A stretch of 64,000 nt of DNA from Candidatus Nomurabacteria bacterium. GTDB taxonomy: Bacteria > Patescibacteriota > WWE3 > UBA101185 > UBA10185. The notes beneath the pieces were generated by a model. It ran no database searches, was not told the DNA's origin, and was given only the letters and a program-made list of their open reading frames with translations. This document shows, one piece after another, positions 1-9,149 of the stretch. A program made the translations under genes and the position numbers. The stretch covers positions 103,601 to 167,600 of the forward strand of contig JACKGU010000001.1 in NCBI GenBank assembly GCA_020631855.1, read 5' to 3'. Positions within the stretch are counted from its first letter, which is position 1; every line of letters begins with the position of its first letter.

Positions 1-582
1 ATCCCGTGCGAACTAACTGAGGTATCTCAAGAAGTTTTTATGAAAATCACGAGCGCCGCAAAGAATCCTTCAGGAATTATAGCTTTGGTAAAACAGAGAG
101 ACGCGTCGTTAGTAAAACATACCCCTAACTTTGGAGATTTGTATCTTGCTGCTGAAGGCATTGAGCAGCCATACAACTTAGGCGCTCTAATAAGACTTGC
201 TGATAATGTTGGTGCCAAAGGGGTTTTTCTTTGTGATGTTAGGGCAGATTTATATGACCCCGAAACAGTCCGCAGTAGTTTGGGAACTATATTCTGCTTA
301 AAAATATTTCGTACCACTTCGGTAGAAGTGGCAAATTGGTGTAGGATAAATGATCTTAAAACATGTATCACGTCTCCGGGTGCAAAACTAAGTTGCTTCG
401 ACACCGATTTAACCAAATGCTCTGTTGTTGTAGTTGGTGCTGAACACGGTGGGTTATCAAAATTTTGGTTAGATAAAGCCGACATAAAAATAAAAATTCC
501 AATGTACGGACAGGCCGAATCTTTAAGTGTTTCCAGTTCCGCGGCTATCTCCTTATACGAACTTGTTAGACAAAAAGGCTAG
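1..582 (+). CDS. SpoU/TrmH-family RNA 2'-O-methyltransferase, 5'-truncated by the window edge
   Basis: The reading frame is open from nt 1. The C-terminal SPOUT-fold motifs 'VVVVGAEHGGLS' and 'IPMYGQAESLSVSSSAAISLYEL' are typical of the TrmH/SpoU family. Confidence 0.7.
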   Translation: MPCELTEVSQEVFMKITSAAKNPSGIIALVKQRDASLVKHTPNFGDLYLAAEGIEQPYNLGALIRLADNVGAKGVFLCDVRADLYDPETVRSSLGTIFCLKIFRTTSVEVANWCRINDLKTCITSPGAKLSCFDTDLTKCSVVVVGAEHGGLSKFWLDKADIKIKIPMYGQAESLSVSSSAAISLYELVRQKG

Positions 583-655
583 AATTTAAGTAAATTGAAT
601 TTAAGGTATTGTGTCTACAAAAATTAGAATTGCAGAATACCCAAGTTTTATTGCA

Positions 656-714
656 GAAAATAAAAAACGCTCCATAAGGAGCGACGTTGAAGCGACAACC
701 ACAGAGCGTTTTTT
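656..714. terminator. Hairpin flanked by an A-run and a T-run (CGCTCC-ATAA-GGAGCG; AAAAAACGCTC...GAGCGTTTTTT); a bidirectional intrinsic-terminator candidate
   Basis: The inverted repeat is directly visible downstream of the methyltransferase stop. Confidence 0.45.
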
Positions 715-1165
715 ACGTTTAGCCTTGTTAGGCCAAGGTAATAATACCTACATGCTTCAGGACAGGAGAAGCAAGTTATTATTATGCTAGGACAGTTTCA
801 TAAGAATAACAAGCGACCCGTATTGTATAATTAAGAACTTAACATCGTTGCTAAGAGGGAAAATTTGTGTGTTAGCAATTAGCGTTGAGGTTTTAGTTTC
901 GCCATCATAACCCTATAGTATTGACAGATTAGGCGTTTTATTATAGAATACCTCTATAAATAAACACAACTAATAATCAATAAATACATATAATAAAGTT
1001 TAACTTCTGATTTTTGCCTGAATCAGCAGTTTAAATTAAACAGCTGAACAGCACCTTAAAATGCTATAAAATGGGTTTTCGGGCTAGGGTTGAGACGCGG
1101 CATTGTTCTGTATAAATTACTCTACTCCTTTCGGTTCTGCGCACTCTGCGTAAAAAGCAGTTTTC

Positions 1166-1222
1166 GTTGCCAGCATTTTTTTGGACTTGAGTTAAAATCA
1201 AGCACAAAAAAATGCTGGCAAC
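1166..1222. repeat. Perfect 17 bp inverted repeat GTTGCCAGCATTTTTTT / AAAAAAATGCTGGCAAC around a 23 nt loop, inside the GC-rich island
   Basis: Seen directly in the sequence. The loop contains a smaller CTTGA/TCAAG hairpin. Confidence 0.6.
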
Positions 1223-1292
1223 TTGCCTGCAGTAAACCAGCCCCCCCCGGGGGCAAAAAATGGGCACAACAGTGCCCAAGGAGAGTAGTAGA

Positions 1293-1703
1293 ATGATTTT
1301 CCAAGGAAAAGACCTCATCGAGGGCCTAGAGAAGGCCCAAAGAGAAGTCCGGTCGGCGTGAGCCGACCTATACTCGCGGGAGCTGGCATTAGAAGAAGCG
1401 CGTCGTAACGCGATACTTCATGCGGAGGCAGTAATTGCCTTTGCGACGCCCCCCGCCCCCGTCCCGGCCCCCACGGCCCCCCCGGTCTCGGCCCCCACGG
1501 CCCCCCCGGTCTCGGCCACCACGGCCCCCCCGGTCTCGGCCACCAAGACTGCAGCGTACGCCCTCGTACTGTTGCTTGTTTTGTTGTCGGCTGTTTTTTT
1601 AGTATTTTTTGTCCCTGAGCTCTCGCTCGAGGCAAGCCTTGTGTATGCTCTTGCGATCGTACTGTTTCTCTCGGGAGGTGCTTGGGTCGCAAAGCGACTC
1701 TAA
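1293..1703 (+). pseudogene. Small Pro/Ala/Thr-repeat membrane-anchored protein frame, interrupted by an in-frame TGA at 1359-1361
   Basis: An ATG at 1293 follows a GGAGAG Shine-Dalgarno-like site. The same frame runs on after TGA(1359) through a 3x APTAPPVS repeat and a hydrophobic helix (AAYALVLLLVLLSAVFLVFFV...LVYALAIVLFLSGGAW) to TAA at 1701, and an intrinsic terminator follows. There is no ATG, GTG or TTG after the TGA. Confidence 0.3.
1467..1538 (+). repeat. 24 bp GC-rich tandem repeat x3 (GCCCCCACGGCCCCCCCGGTCTCG), coding APTAPPVS x3 on the + strand
   Basis: The direct repeat is visible in the sequence. It is a strong GC outlier against the AT-rich background. Confidence 0.8.
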
Positions 1704-1705
1704 AA

Positions 1706-1747
1706 CCCCCCCCGCACCGGCGGGACCAGTTTTGTTTTTTTCTCTTG
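1706..1747 (+). terminator. Rho-independent terminator (CCCGC-ACCG-GCGGG stem-loop followed by a T-run)
   Basis: A GC stem plus TTTTGTTTTTTT sits immediately after the TAA at 1701-1703. Confidence 0.5.
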
Positions 1748-1975
1748 CATTTTTTACCTTATAGTGTATAATGCATCATTAACAATAGTTTAATAACTTA
1801 TTATATTTATTGTAATTTTTATTCCTGCCAAGTAACAAATAAAAAAGCTTTTGTCCTGCACCTTCTATTTATGGTTTTAGAGATAGAGTAGATTGGTTGG
1901 GTTTGGTTACGCCCTTACGCGACCAATCTATTTTATTCCTAAGGCCTTATAGCGAGGTTTACAGGAGTACTTCAT

Positions 1976-2770
1976 ATGGCAAAAAAATTTTCCAAAAAAC
2001 AGTTTCGAAGGTTAGTTCGTATCACAATATTGCTTTATTTTATTGTTGGTATGGAGGCCGCTGTAATATATAGTAAGTATAATAAGAATGATGCTAATAT
2101 CGTTTCAGCATCGAAGCCTTTTTATTCACAAGATTTACTCGCTGCTAACGTACTTGGTTTGAGTTCCAGGCATGGGAAAGACGTCGTTGTCGAAGATCTA
2201 GATGTTGATTCTGAGACTTCTTCTACAAACCCGGTCTCTGCTAACAGCACTGAACAAGAAATACCAACCAGTTCCGTTTTCGAAAGTATTTTAGGTTCAA
2301 TAACTTCGACCCCCTCAAGGCTTGAGATTTCAAGCCAGGGTATAAATATTCCTTTGGTACAAGTTGGTGTTTCTTCGAGCGGCTCTATGGAAACTCCGGT
2401 GGATTGGAATAGTGGTGGATGGTATTCCAGATCTGCAAAATTAGGCGCTTTTGGAAACACAATTATAAACGCTCACTACGATAATAATTTTGGTGCTCCC
2501 GCAGCTTTCTGGAGGTTGCAAAATGTGGCTGTAGGTGATACAGTAGGTGTGTTTGACGAGTTAGGCCGGCGTTTTGATTATGTCGTGTCAGAAACTTTCT
2601 ATGTTGATATCCAAGACCCAGAAAGGTTAAAAATATTTGACGAGCCTTCAGCAGGGAAGTCTGAGCTAACACTTGTTACTTGTGGCGGGGTATGGGTGCC
2701 CTCAGAAGGAACATATAACAAGCGCCTTGTTGTTAAAGCGGAGTATGTTGGCTTTTCTTTTGTAGACTAG
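1976..2770 (+). CDS. Sortase-family transpeptidase with an N-terminal membrane anchor
   Basis: An N-terminal transmembrane helix is present. The 'TLVTCGG' active-site Cys motif (TLxTC) lies near the C-terminus and 'AHYD' supplies the His. Confidence 0.75.
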   Translation: MAKKFSKKQFRRLVRITILLYFIVGMEAAVIYSKYNKNDANIVSASKPFYSQDLLAANVLGLSSRHGKDVVVEDLDVDSETSSTNPVSANSTEQEIPTSSVFESILGSITSTPSRLEISSQGINIPLVQVGVSSSGSMETPVDWNSGGWYSRSAKLGAFGNTIINAHYDNNFGAPAAFWRLQNVAVGDTVGVFDELGRRFDYVVSETFYVDIQDPERLKIFDEPSAGKSELTLVTCGGVWVPSEGTYNKRLVVKAEYVGFSFVD

Positions 2771-2908
2771 GCAATTTGTTTAGTGTTTTTTGTGTTTGTT
2801 TGACGATATGTTTTTTTAGGTTGGGAGGTGACTCGGGGCAGTGGTCATCTCCCGACCTAAGAGTGCATATAACTATTGTTTGTAAATTTCCGAAAGGTTA
2901 GATAAAAA

Positions 2909-4369
2909 ATGCCTACAGCAAAAAAAGTTCATTCTGACAGAGATCAGATTGCGCAAAAAAATAGCGATAGCTCTATTAACACGGACGGCTCAAATGGGTC
3001 CGCAGTCGTAGAAGCAAAAAGCTTATCCGATAGCTCGACGTCCAATAACCCCGAGTCGAAAAATAATACCTCAGTCTCAAAGACTGATCAGGACGACGTT
3101 TCTGCTGTTAGAACAACGGTAATTACAACCGAATCTAGGAATAATAAATCCCACCAGTCTCGTGGAAGGCACTCGTCAGGTTCTTCCGGAAACAACGGAG
3201 GAAACTCTGGGACTACAAATTCTTCTGGAAATAGCAAGTTTTTTACAGGCGAAACTATTAAGGTCGAGGGTGTTTTAGAGCTTTTTACAGATTACGGTGT
3301 TATTAGGCAGGATATTGCAGACACAGGAGATAACGACTTGCCGAAAGATGTTTATACTAGCCTTTCGCAGATAAAAAGATTTAGTTTAAGAATGGGTGAT
3401 TTGGTTGAAGGCTATGCTCGTGCACCAAAAGAAGGTGAGAGATATTTATCATTGTTGCAAATAGAAAAGGTAGATGGGTTAGATCCTTCCGAGGCAAAAA
3501 AACGACCAAGATTTTCTAAACTAACCCCCATTTTTCCTGATGAGTGGATGAAGCTGGAGACAGCTCCTGAAATCTTATCGACAAGAATCATAGACCTCGT
3601 TTCCCCTATAGGTAAGGGGCAAAGAGCCATGCTTGTTGCGCCTCCAAAAGCGGGTAAGACCTGGTTATTACAAGATATAGCGAATGGTATTACAAAAAAC
3701 CATCCGGAAGTAGTATTAATGGTAGCTCTTATTGGCGAACGCCCTGAGGAAGTTACCGATATGAGAAGAAACGTAAATGGGGAAGTATACGCCAGTAATT
3801 TTGATCAGGATCCTGCTGATCAAACTCGTGTAGCAGAGATTTGCCTAGAAAAGGCGAAAAGAACCGCGGAAAAAGGAAAAGATGTTGTAATACTTATGGA
3901 TTCTTTAACCAGGCTTGCTAGAGCTTACAATATGGTAGTTCAGCCTTCTGGCCGCACACTAACCGGTGGTTTTGATCCTTCTGCTCTGTATCCTGCAAAA
4001 AGATTTTTCGGCGCTGCCAGAAATTTAGAAGAGGGCGGTAGTTTAACAATTATTGCTACTGCGCTTGTTGATACCGGTTCTAGAATGGATGACGTAATTT
4101 TTGAAGAGTTTAAAGGGACCGGAAATATGGAGTTAAAGTTGGATAGAGCTTTGTCCGAGAGAAGAATTTTTCCGGCGATTGATATAAAATCAAGCAGTAC
4201 AAGGCGGGAAGATTTGTTATACGATAAAAATTCAATGGAGATGGTGCATAAGTTAAGAAGAATGATAGATTTGCTTGATGACAAAGAAACTACCGACCTT
4301 GTTCTACAGCAGCTCAAAAAGTCTAAATCCAACGAGGATTTCTTGAAGACGCTAGGCCAGCCGGCCTAA
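2909..4369 (+). CDS. rho: Transcription termination factor Rho with an N-terminal low-complexity Ser/Asn-rich insertion
   Basis: The Walker A motif 'APPKAGKT' and Rho motifs such as 'VALIGERPEEVTDM' and 'GGSLTIIATALVDTGSRMD' are present. Confidence 0.9.
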   Translation: MPTAKKVHSDRDQIAQKNSDSSINTDGSNGSAVVEAKSLSDSSTSNNPESKNNTSVSKTDQDDVSAVRTTVITTESRNNKSHQSRGRHSSGSSGNNGGNSGTTNSSGNSKFFTGETIKVEGVLELFTDYGVIRQDIADTGDNDLPKDVYTSLSQIKRFSLRMGDLVEGYARAPKEGERYLSLLQIEKVDGLDPSEAKKRPRFSKLTPIFPDEWMKLETAPEILSTRIIDLVSPIGKGQRAMLVAPPKAGKTWLLQDIANGITKNHPEVVLMVALIGERPEEVTDMRRNVNGEVYASNFDQDPADQTRVAEICLEKAKRTAEKGKDVVILMDSLTRLARAYNMVVQPSGRTLTGGFDPSALYPAKRFFGAARNLEEGGSLTIIATALVDTGSRMDDVIFEEFKGTGNMELKLDRALSERRIFPAIDIKSSSTRREDLLYDKNSMEMVHKLRRMIDLLDDKETTDLVLQQLKKSKSNEDFLKTLGQPA

Positions 4370-4379
4370 TTAATCTGCT

Positions 4380-4516
4380 TAACGTGCGGCTTTACAATCT
4401 CGCTACTTAAAATTCCTGCATAAGTTAGTAGATGTAGTTTACCCAACATGTTAGGCTTTGCAACGCAAAGAGATTGCAGCAAACCACCCAGCGCAAGCTG
4501 GTGGTGGTTGATAATG
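4380..4516 (+). repeat. Intergenic roughly 125 bp repeat element, copy A (the 5' portion is divergent)
   Basis: The shared core is ...TTACCCAACATGTT.GGCTTTGCAACGCAAAG...GCAAACCACC..GCGTAAGCTGGTGGTGGTTGATAA. Confidence 0.7.
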
Positions 4517-4526
4517 TCAAGCTAAG

Positions 4527-5834
4527 GTGCTTAACTGTGCTTTTTTTGATAAAATAGGCACACAAAAAGTCATGCCGTTTTTAAAACGAAAACAAAAAAA
4601 CCTTGGCTCTAAAATTAAGAGCACCAGATTATGGACAGTCGCTATTAATAGGCCGAAATCTCGGAGGTTTTCTCAATTGAGTTTTGAAGGTTTTGTACCT
4701 AAAGGTACAAATAAACTTAATACTGTTTTTCGTTTAACTTTTTCCTTTTTCTCTTATATTTTCAAGTACTTCAAACTCAAGACAACAAAAACATTAAAAA
4801 TACCCGGCAAAGTCGCCCTATTTTCAGTCACTACTTTTATGAGTCTTAAAGCTTTTATGGTACGTAAACTAATATGGTCTCAGGGTAAGCTTGGTAGGCC
4901 TATTGCAACAGGTGTAGTTATGTCTGTGGTGCTAGCCCTGTTTTTTCTTGGAAAAATATTAAATAGCTCTACTTTGGTTGTGAGCCAGGAACTGGATTCC
5001 GGATATCTATCAAGTACAACCGATATCATACCCCAAACAAATACAGCTCTTACAACAGTGCCGGAAAGTCGTAAAAGGAATGAGTCTTTTATTTATATCG
5101 TTGAGCCGGGGGATACTTTATCTTCAATCGGTAATAAATTTAAAATCTCAACCGATGCTTTAAAATATGTAAACAGCCTTACCGACTCTTCCATAATTCG
5201 TACAGGTCAGGAAATTATCATTCCTCCGGTTTCGGGATTAATTCACACCGTTAAATCGGGCGACACTCTAAACAGCATTGCCCGTAAGTACGATGTTGCT
5301 CCTCAGGCTATTGCAGATTTTAACTATATTCTAGATACGTCTAAATTAGCTTTAGGTACAGAGCTCGTGATTCCCGGCGCCAAGGTTCCCGAGCCGGTTA
5401 TTCCGGCAGCTCCTTCGGGCCCTGCGGCTCCTCCGGGAAATTTTGTGTCCGCGCCTTCTACAGGAAAATGGTGTGTGTGGCCGACCGGGCCAAGGATTAT
5501 TACCCAATACTATTCTTGGTATCATAATGGAATCGATATAGCTACTCCTTCAGGCTCGGCCATGCCTGCTCTTTTTGCTTGCGCGGGCGGTGTAGTAACA
5601 AGAGCCGGTTGGGATCCCTTCGGCCTAGGACTGCATGTAAGGATAGATCATGGTAATGGTTTTGAGACTGTGTACGGGCATATGAGCAGCATTTCCGTAA
5701 GTTATGGTCAAAGAGTAGAGCAGGGGCAAATGATTGGAGTGATGGGTAGCACAGGGCGTTCTACCGGACCTCACGTGCATTTTACTGTTAACTACAACGG
5801 CGCGTCGCAAGATCCTTTAAAATATACTTATTAG
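4527..5834 (+). CDS. LysM-domain peptidoglycan endopeptidase of peptidase family M23; the true start is probably internal (ATG at 4839)
   Basis: Two LysM repeats are present (YIVEPGDTLSSIGNKF..., HTVKSGDTLNSIARKY...). The C-terminal M23 motifs are 'HNGIDIA', 'HVRIDHGNGFETVYGHM' and 'GSTGRSTGPHVHF'. The first roughly 100 codons are basic and of low complexity. Confidence 0.8.
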   Translation: MLNCAFFDKIGTQKVMPFLKRKQKNLGSKIKSTRLWTVAINRPKSRRFSQLSFEGFVPKGTNKLNTVFRLTFSFFSYIFKYFKLKTTKTLKIPGKVALFSVTTFMSLKAFMVRKLIWSQGKLGRPIATGVVMSVVLALFFLGKILNSSTLVVSQELDSGYLSSTTDIIPQTNTALTTVPESRKRNESFIYIVEPGDTLSSIGNKFKISTDALKYVNSLTDSSIIRTGQEIIIPPVSGLIHTVKSGDTLNSIARKYDVAPQAIADFNYILDTSKLALGTELVIPGAKVPEPVIPAAPSGPAAPPGNFVSAPSTGKWCVWPTGPRIITQYYSWYHNGIDIATPSGSAMPALFACAGGVVTRAGWDPFGLGLHVRIDHGNGFETVYGHMSSISVSYGQRVEQGQMIGVMGSTGRSTGPHVHFTVNYNGASQDPLKYTY

Positions 5835-5959
5835 TTTATAATTTTGTTACTAAAACCACTTGCGTAAGCTGTAGATGTAGTTTACCCAACATGTTGACTT
5901 TGCAACGCAAAGAAACTATTGCAAACCACCTGCTGCGTAAGCTGGTGGTTGATTAATTG
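5835..5959 (+). repeat. Intergenic roughly 125 bp repeat element, copy B
   Basis: It starts TTTATAATTTTGTTACTAAAACCACTTGCGTAAGCTGTAGATGTAGTTTACCCAACATGTTG... immediately after the TAG stop. Confidence 0.75.
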
Positions 5960-6091
5960 TGCTGATGCAGAGAGCTTCATTTCTCAGACGAGGGCGTAAA
6001 AGCGTAGAGTAAAGAAGATAGTACAAAACTAGATTCGTAGTATTTCATTCCTCTAGGCTTAAAGCAATTTGAGTGCTAGAATTGCCTAACT

Positions 6092-7255
6092 ATGATTGAT
6101 ACAGCTGTAATAAAGGTTAAAGCCGGTAAAGGCGGAGATGGAAAAGTCTCTTTTAGAAGAGAGAAATATATCCCGAAGGGTGGCCCCGATGGTGGTGATG
6201 GCGGTGACGGGGGGAATGTTTATTTAATAACCGATCACAACATGGCTACATTGCTCGACTTTAAATCTAAACCAACTTACGAAGGTCAAAATGGTGAGGC
6301 CGGAGGAAGTGTTCAGATGTCGGGTGCAAAGGGTGAAGATTTATATATTAAAGTTCCCGAGGGTACGTTAGTGTACGAAATATTGCCAGATAGAAAAATT
6401 TTACTGGTTGATATGGTTGCCCAAGAGGATGAGTCCCAAAAGGTTTTTTTACTTGCACGCGGGGGCAAGGGCGGCAAAGGAAACACTCGCTTTAAAAGCT
6501 CTACTAATAGAACCCCTATTCAGTTTACTAAGGGGACTTTGGGCGACGAGAAAGATATTCAGTTAGAAGTTAAACTTGTTGCAGATATTGGTTTAGTTGG
6601 TAAACCAAATGCAGGAAAAAGCACACTTATTAATAAACTGACAAATGCAAATGCAAAAACCGCGAGCTATCCTTTTACTACCCTAACTCCAAATTTAGGC
6701 ACAGCCCTGCTAAAAAGTGGTCAAAATGTGATAATAGCTGATATACCGGGATTAATAGAAGGGGCCTCTTCGGGCAAGGGGCTGGGGGATGACTTTTTAA
6801 GACACATTGAACGTACTAGAGTCATTTGTCATGTAATTGATCCGCTGGATGGCGTTGTATTTGATCCCGATTCTTATGATGATGGGAAAGATTTTTCTAA
6901 GATTGTTGCTTCTAACGCAGTAGGTTGTTATAAGACTATACGACAGGAACTGTCGGAATATGAAAGCGATCTAACAAGTAAGCCTGAACTAGTTGTTGTG
7001 AATAAGTGTGACATTACAGAGGTTTTCGAGGCACAGCCGGCCATAGAGAAGGGTCTTTTGTCGATTAAGGACGTGGAGAGTGTGGTTTTTATATCAGCGG
7101 CGACGGGCGAAGGGATAGAATTGCTGAAGGACGCTTTAATGCGCGTTCTCGACTCGGCCCCCAAAAGAACCGTATTTGAAGCTGATAAGATTCAAGAGAC
7201 AAAGAGATATACCCTTAGAGATTTACCAAATAAGAGAATTGTGTATAATAGATAA
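6092..7255 (+). CDS. obg: GTPase Obg/CgtA
   Basis: The Gly-rich Obg fold (GGDGGDGGDGG) at the N-terminus and the G1 motif 'GKPNAGKST' are present. Confidence 0.9.
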   Translation: MIDTAVIKVKAGKGGDGKVSFRREKYIPKGGPDGGDGGDGGNVYLITDHNMATLLDFKSKPTYEGQNGEAGGSVQMSGAKGEDLYIKVPEGTLVYEILPDRKILLVDMVAQEDESQKVFLLARGGKGGKGNTRFKSSTNRTPIQFTKGTLGDEKDIQLEVKLVADIGLVGKPNAGKSTLINKLTNANAKTASYPFTTLTPNLGTALLKSGQNVIIADIPGLIEGASSGKGLGDDFLRHIERTRVICHVIDPLDGVVFDPDSYDDGKDFSKIVASNAVGCYKTIRQELSEYESDLTSKPELVVVNKCDITEVFEAQPAIEKGLLSIKDVESVVFISAATGEGIELLKDALMRVLDSAPKRTVFEADKIQETKRYTLRDLPNKRIVYNR

Positions 7256-7306
7256 GTATTTCCTTTGCGCTTCTTAGCTTGAAAAAGTACGTAGAAGAAA
7301 GTATGT

Positions 7307-7383
7307 GGGCCTGTGGCGCAACTGGTTAGCGCGCCTCAATGGCATTGAGGAGGCTAGGGGTTCGAGTCCCCTCAGGTCCACCA
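7307..7383 (+). tRNA. tRNA-Ala (anticodon GGC), CCA encoded
   Basis: I folded the cloverleaf by hand. The acceptor stem is GGGCCTG/CAGGTCC with the G3:U70 Ala identity pair, the anticodon loop is AT-GGC-AT, and the T-arm is AGGGGTTCGAGTCCCCT. Confidence 0.85.
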
Positions 7384-7394
7384 AACCTCTTGTA

Positions 7395-8099
7395 TTAATT
7401 AGACACCCACCAATTAAATTCCGAATCCGCTTTAACCGGAACGTCTGTTTCAATAGTAAAGCCTTCTCCTGCCGTTTTACTGCTTACCCAATACTTAGAA
7501 GCGGGGGAGTAATCGTCGTTAAATGTTATGTATATCTTAGAAAGTTCATTTATATTTGTGTTTTTAACTGTAATTGATTTTGAACCTCTTGGTATATAAG
7601 CCACGCCTGATGTTACATTTGCGTAGTCATAGTTTTGATTTGCAGAGGATAAGTCGTCATTTGCGTATAATATAACATTTTTAGGGTCCTTCTTTTTTAA
7701 CTGTGTTATTTGAAGAATGATAAGGACAATAATTAAGCCAAGCAATGCATATGACGTAACCGAATCTTTAACTGTTAGCATTCTGATGCTTTGTTTTATG
7801 TTTTGATTTGTTTGTGTGTTATGTAATTTACTGTTAATCTGTTCGTTTGTTGCTCCGGAATTTTTAAGATCTTGTATAATCTTCAAAGTTTCAACGACTT
7901 CTAGGGGATAGTGACCTGCTATTTCTCCCCTTTCTGTCTTTTTTCTTATCATGTGGGGTAGCCACCCTATCTTCGTGTAGTATCTTAGCCTGTTGTATGG
8001 GTCTGTTTTTCCAAAATCAATGCCCTCTTTTTTAGCTGCCTGTATTATCTTGTCTACTGATAGTAGATTATTATTTTTTGTTATTTTTTTCTTTTTCAT
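7395..8099 (-). CDS. Single-pass membrane protein with an N-terminal MerR-like helix-turn-helix, a transmembrane helix, and an extracytoplasmic domain ending in 'FNWW'
   Basis: 'DPYNRLRYYTKIGWLPHMIRKKTERGEIAGHYPLEVVETLKIIQDLK' fits the MerR-family HTH pattern. The transmembrane helix is 'SYALLGLIIVLIILQIT'. The C-terminal roughly 85 aa are homologous to the extreme C-termini of both giant fibre proteins (F[ND]WW[VI]). Confidence 0.5.
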   Translation of the reverse strand: MKKKKITKNNNLLSVDKIIQAAKKEGIDFGKTDPYNRLRYYTKIGWLPHMIRKKTERGEIAGHYPLEVVETLKIIQDLKNSGATNEQINSKLHNTQTNQNIKQSIRMLTVKDSVTSYALLGLIIVLIILQITQLKKKDPKNVILYANDDLSSANQNYDYANVTSGVAYIPRGSKSITVKNTNINELSKIYITFNDDYSPASKYWVSSKTAGEGFTIETDVPVKADSEFNWWVSN

Positions 8100-8234
8100 A
8101 TATTGTCTTTATTGTGCGTTAACATATTCAGGGGCTACTTGTTTATTGCATTGTCTACTTCTCGTTGATCTTTTCTTGCTTTCTAAAGTAGCTGTCGTTT
8201 TTAGCTCGAATGTTTTGGTATATTCTAACATAAA

Positions 8235-9149
8235 GTGTCGTCTATTTTGAATATACGCTTAAAGCTAAATCGTGGTTTTGCCTGGTATCATTTTTTTATG
8301 TGCAGCTTTATAACTTTAGGCAGTCCTTTTTACCCGCAGGGCATACGTTTGCAAAAAAACCCGCCTTTTAAGCTATATTACATCGGAGATTTGAATACGG
8401 CAATAGGCAATAAGATCATAAGCATAGTAGGCAGCAGAAAGATGACAAAGTATGCGAACATGGTATTGGAAAGATTTATTCCTGTTTTTGTTCGGTCGGG
8501 GCTTGTTGTGGTTTCTGGCTTTATGCATGGTGTAGATATTAAAGCTCACGAACTCGTTGTTTCAAGCGGTGGTCGGACCATAGCAATTTTGCCTTGTGGT
8601 TTAGATATTAATTATCCTTCTGATTTTGCGTATCTCAGAGACGCGATTGTTAAAGGTGGGGGCTTGCTGTTATCGCGCTTTTCTGAAGGGGAGAGGCCGC
8701 AGCGATGGATGTACATCAAGCGCAACGAGCTTGTAGCATCTATATCCGAGTGTGTTTTAGTCATTGAGGCTGATGCGGGCAGTGGAACTATGACTACTGC
8801 CAATATAGCTCTAAAAATTAAAAAGCCTGTTTTTGTAATTCCGTCGTCTATAAATTCTCCTAATTCATCTGGAGTTGTTGAGCTGTTGCAAAAAGGAGCC
8901 CACGCAGTTAACGACCCTTTAGACATCCTAAAATTTTTTAAAGTTGCTTATGAAAATACAAAAAATGTTCCAGTAGAAATAGAGGGGGATCAGCTTGATG
9001 TTTTCCTCTATTTACAAACAAAGCCTAGTAACGCCTATGCTTTATCGAAAGGATTGAGACTTGAGTTATCATCGGTTTACATAGTATTGCATGAACTACT
9101 CGCGCGAGGCCTCGTGTACTTAGATAAAGGGAAGTACCATGCCAAATAA
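8235..9149 (+). CDS. dprA: DNA-processing protein DprA (Smf)
   Basis: The Rossmann-like DprA core is recognisable: 'IVGSRKMTKYANMV', 'VVSGFMHGVDIKAHE' and 'GSGTMTTANIALKIKKPVFVIP'. Confidence 0.8.
   Translation: MSSILNIRLKLNRGFAWYHFFMCSFITLGSPFYPQGIRLQKNPPFKLYYIGDLNTAIGNKIISIVGSRKMTKYANMVLERFIPVFVRSGLVVVSGFMHGVDIKAHELVVSSGGRTIAILPCGLDINYPSDFAYLRDAIVKGGGLLLSRFSEGERPQRWMYIKRNELVASISECVLVIEADAGSGTMTTANIALKIKKPVFVIPSSINSPNSSGVVELLQKGAHAVNDPLDILKFFKVAYENTKNVPVEIEGDQLDVFLYLQTKPSNAYALSKGLRLELSSVYIVLHELLARGLVYLDKGKYHAK

Noticed and set aside
1064-1320. Possible tmRNA or other housekeeping structured RNA in the GC-rich island
   Set aside because: There is no GGGG...ACCA acceptor pairing, no T-arm GGTTCGA motif and no tag-peptide frame ending ...ALAA-TAA. 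The hairpins look like terminator or IR structures instead.
1315-1692. Minus-strand 125-aa ORF (Arg/Trp/Pro/Gly-rich, 'PRPGGPWWPRPGGPW') in the GC-rich island
   Set aside because: It is the antisense reading of the 24-bp GC repeat. The composition is not protein-like, the plus strand has the terminator and a transmembrane helix, and the ORF is open only because the repeat is GC-rich.
7305-7577. Plus-strand 90-aa ORF starting inside tRNA-Ala
   Set aside because: It overlaps a well-folded tRNA and the 3' end of the opposite-strand gene. It has no RBS or start-codon context.
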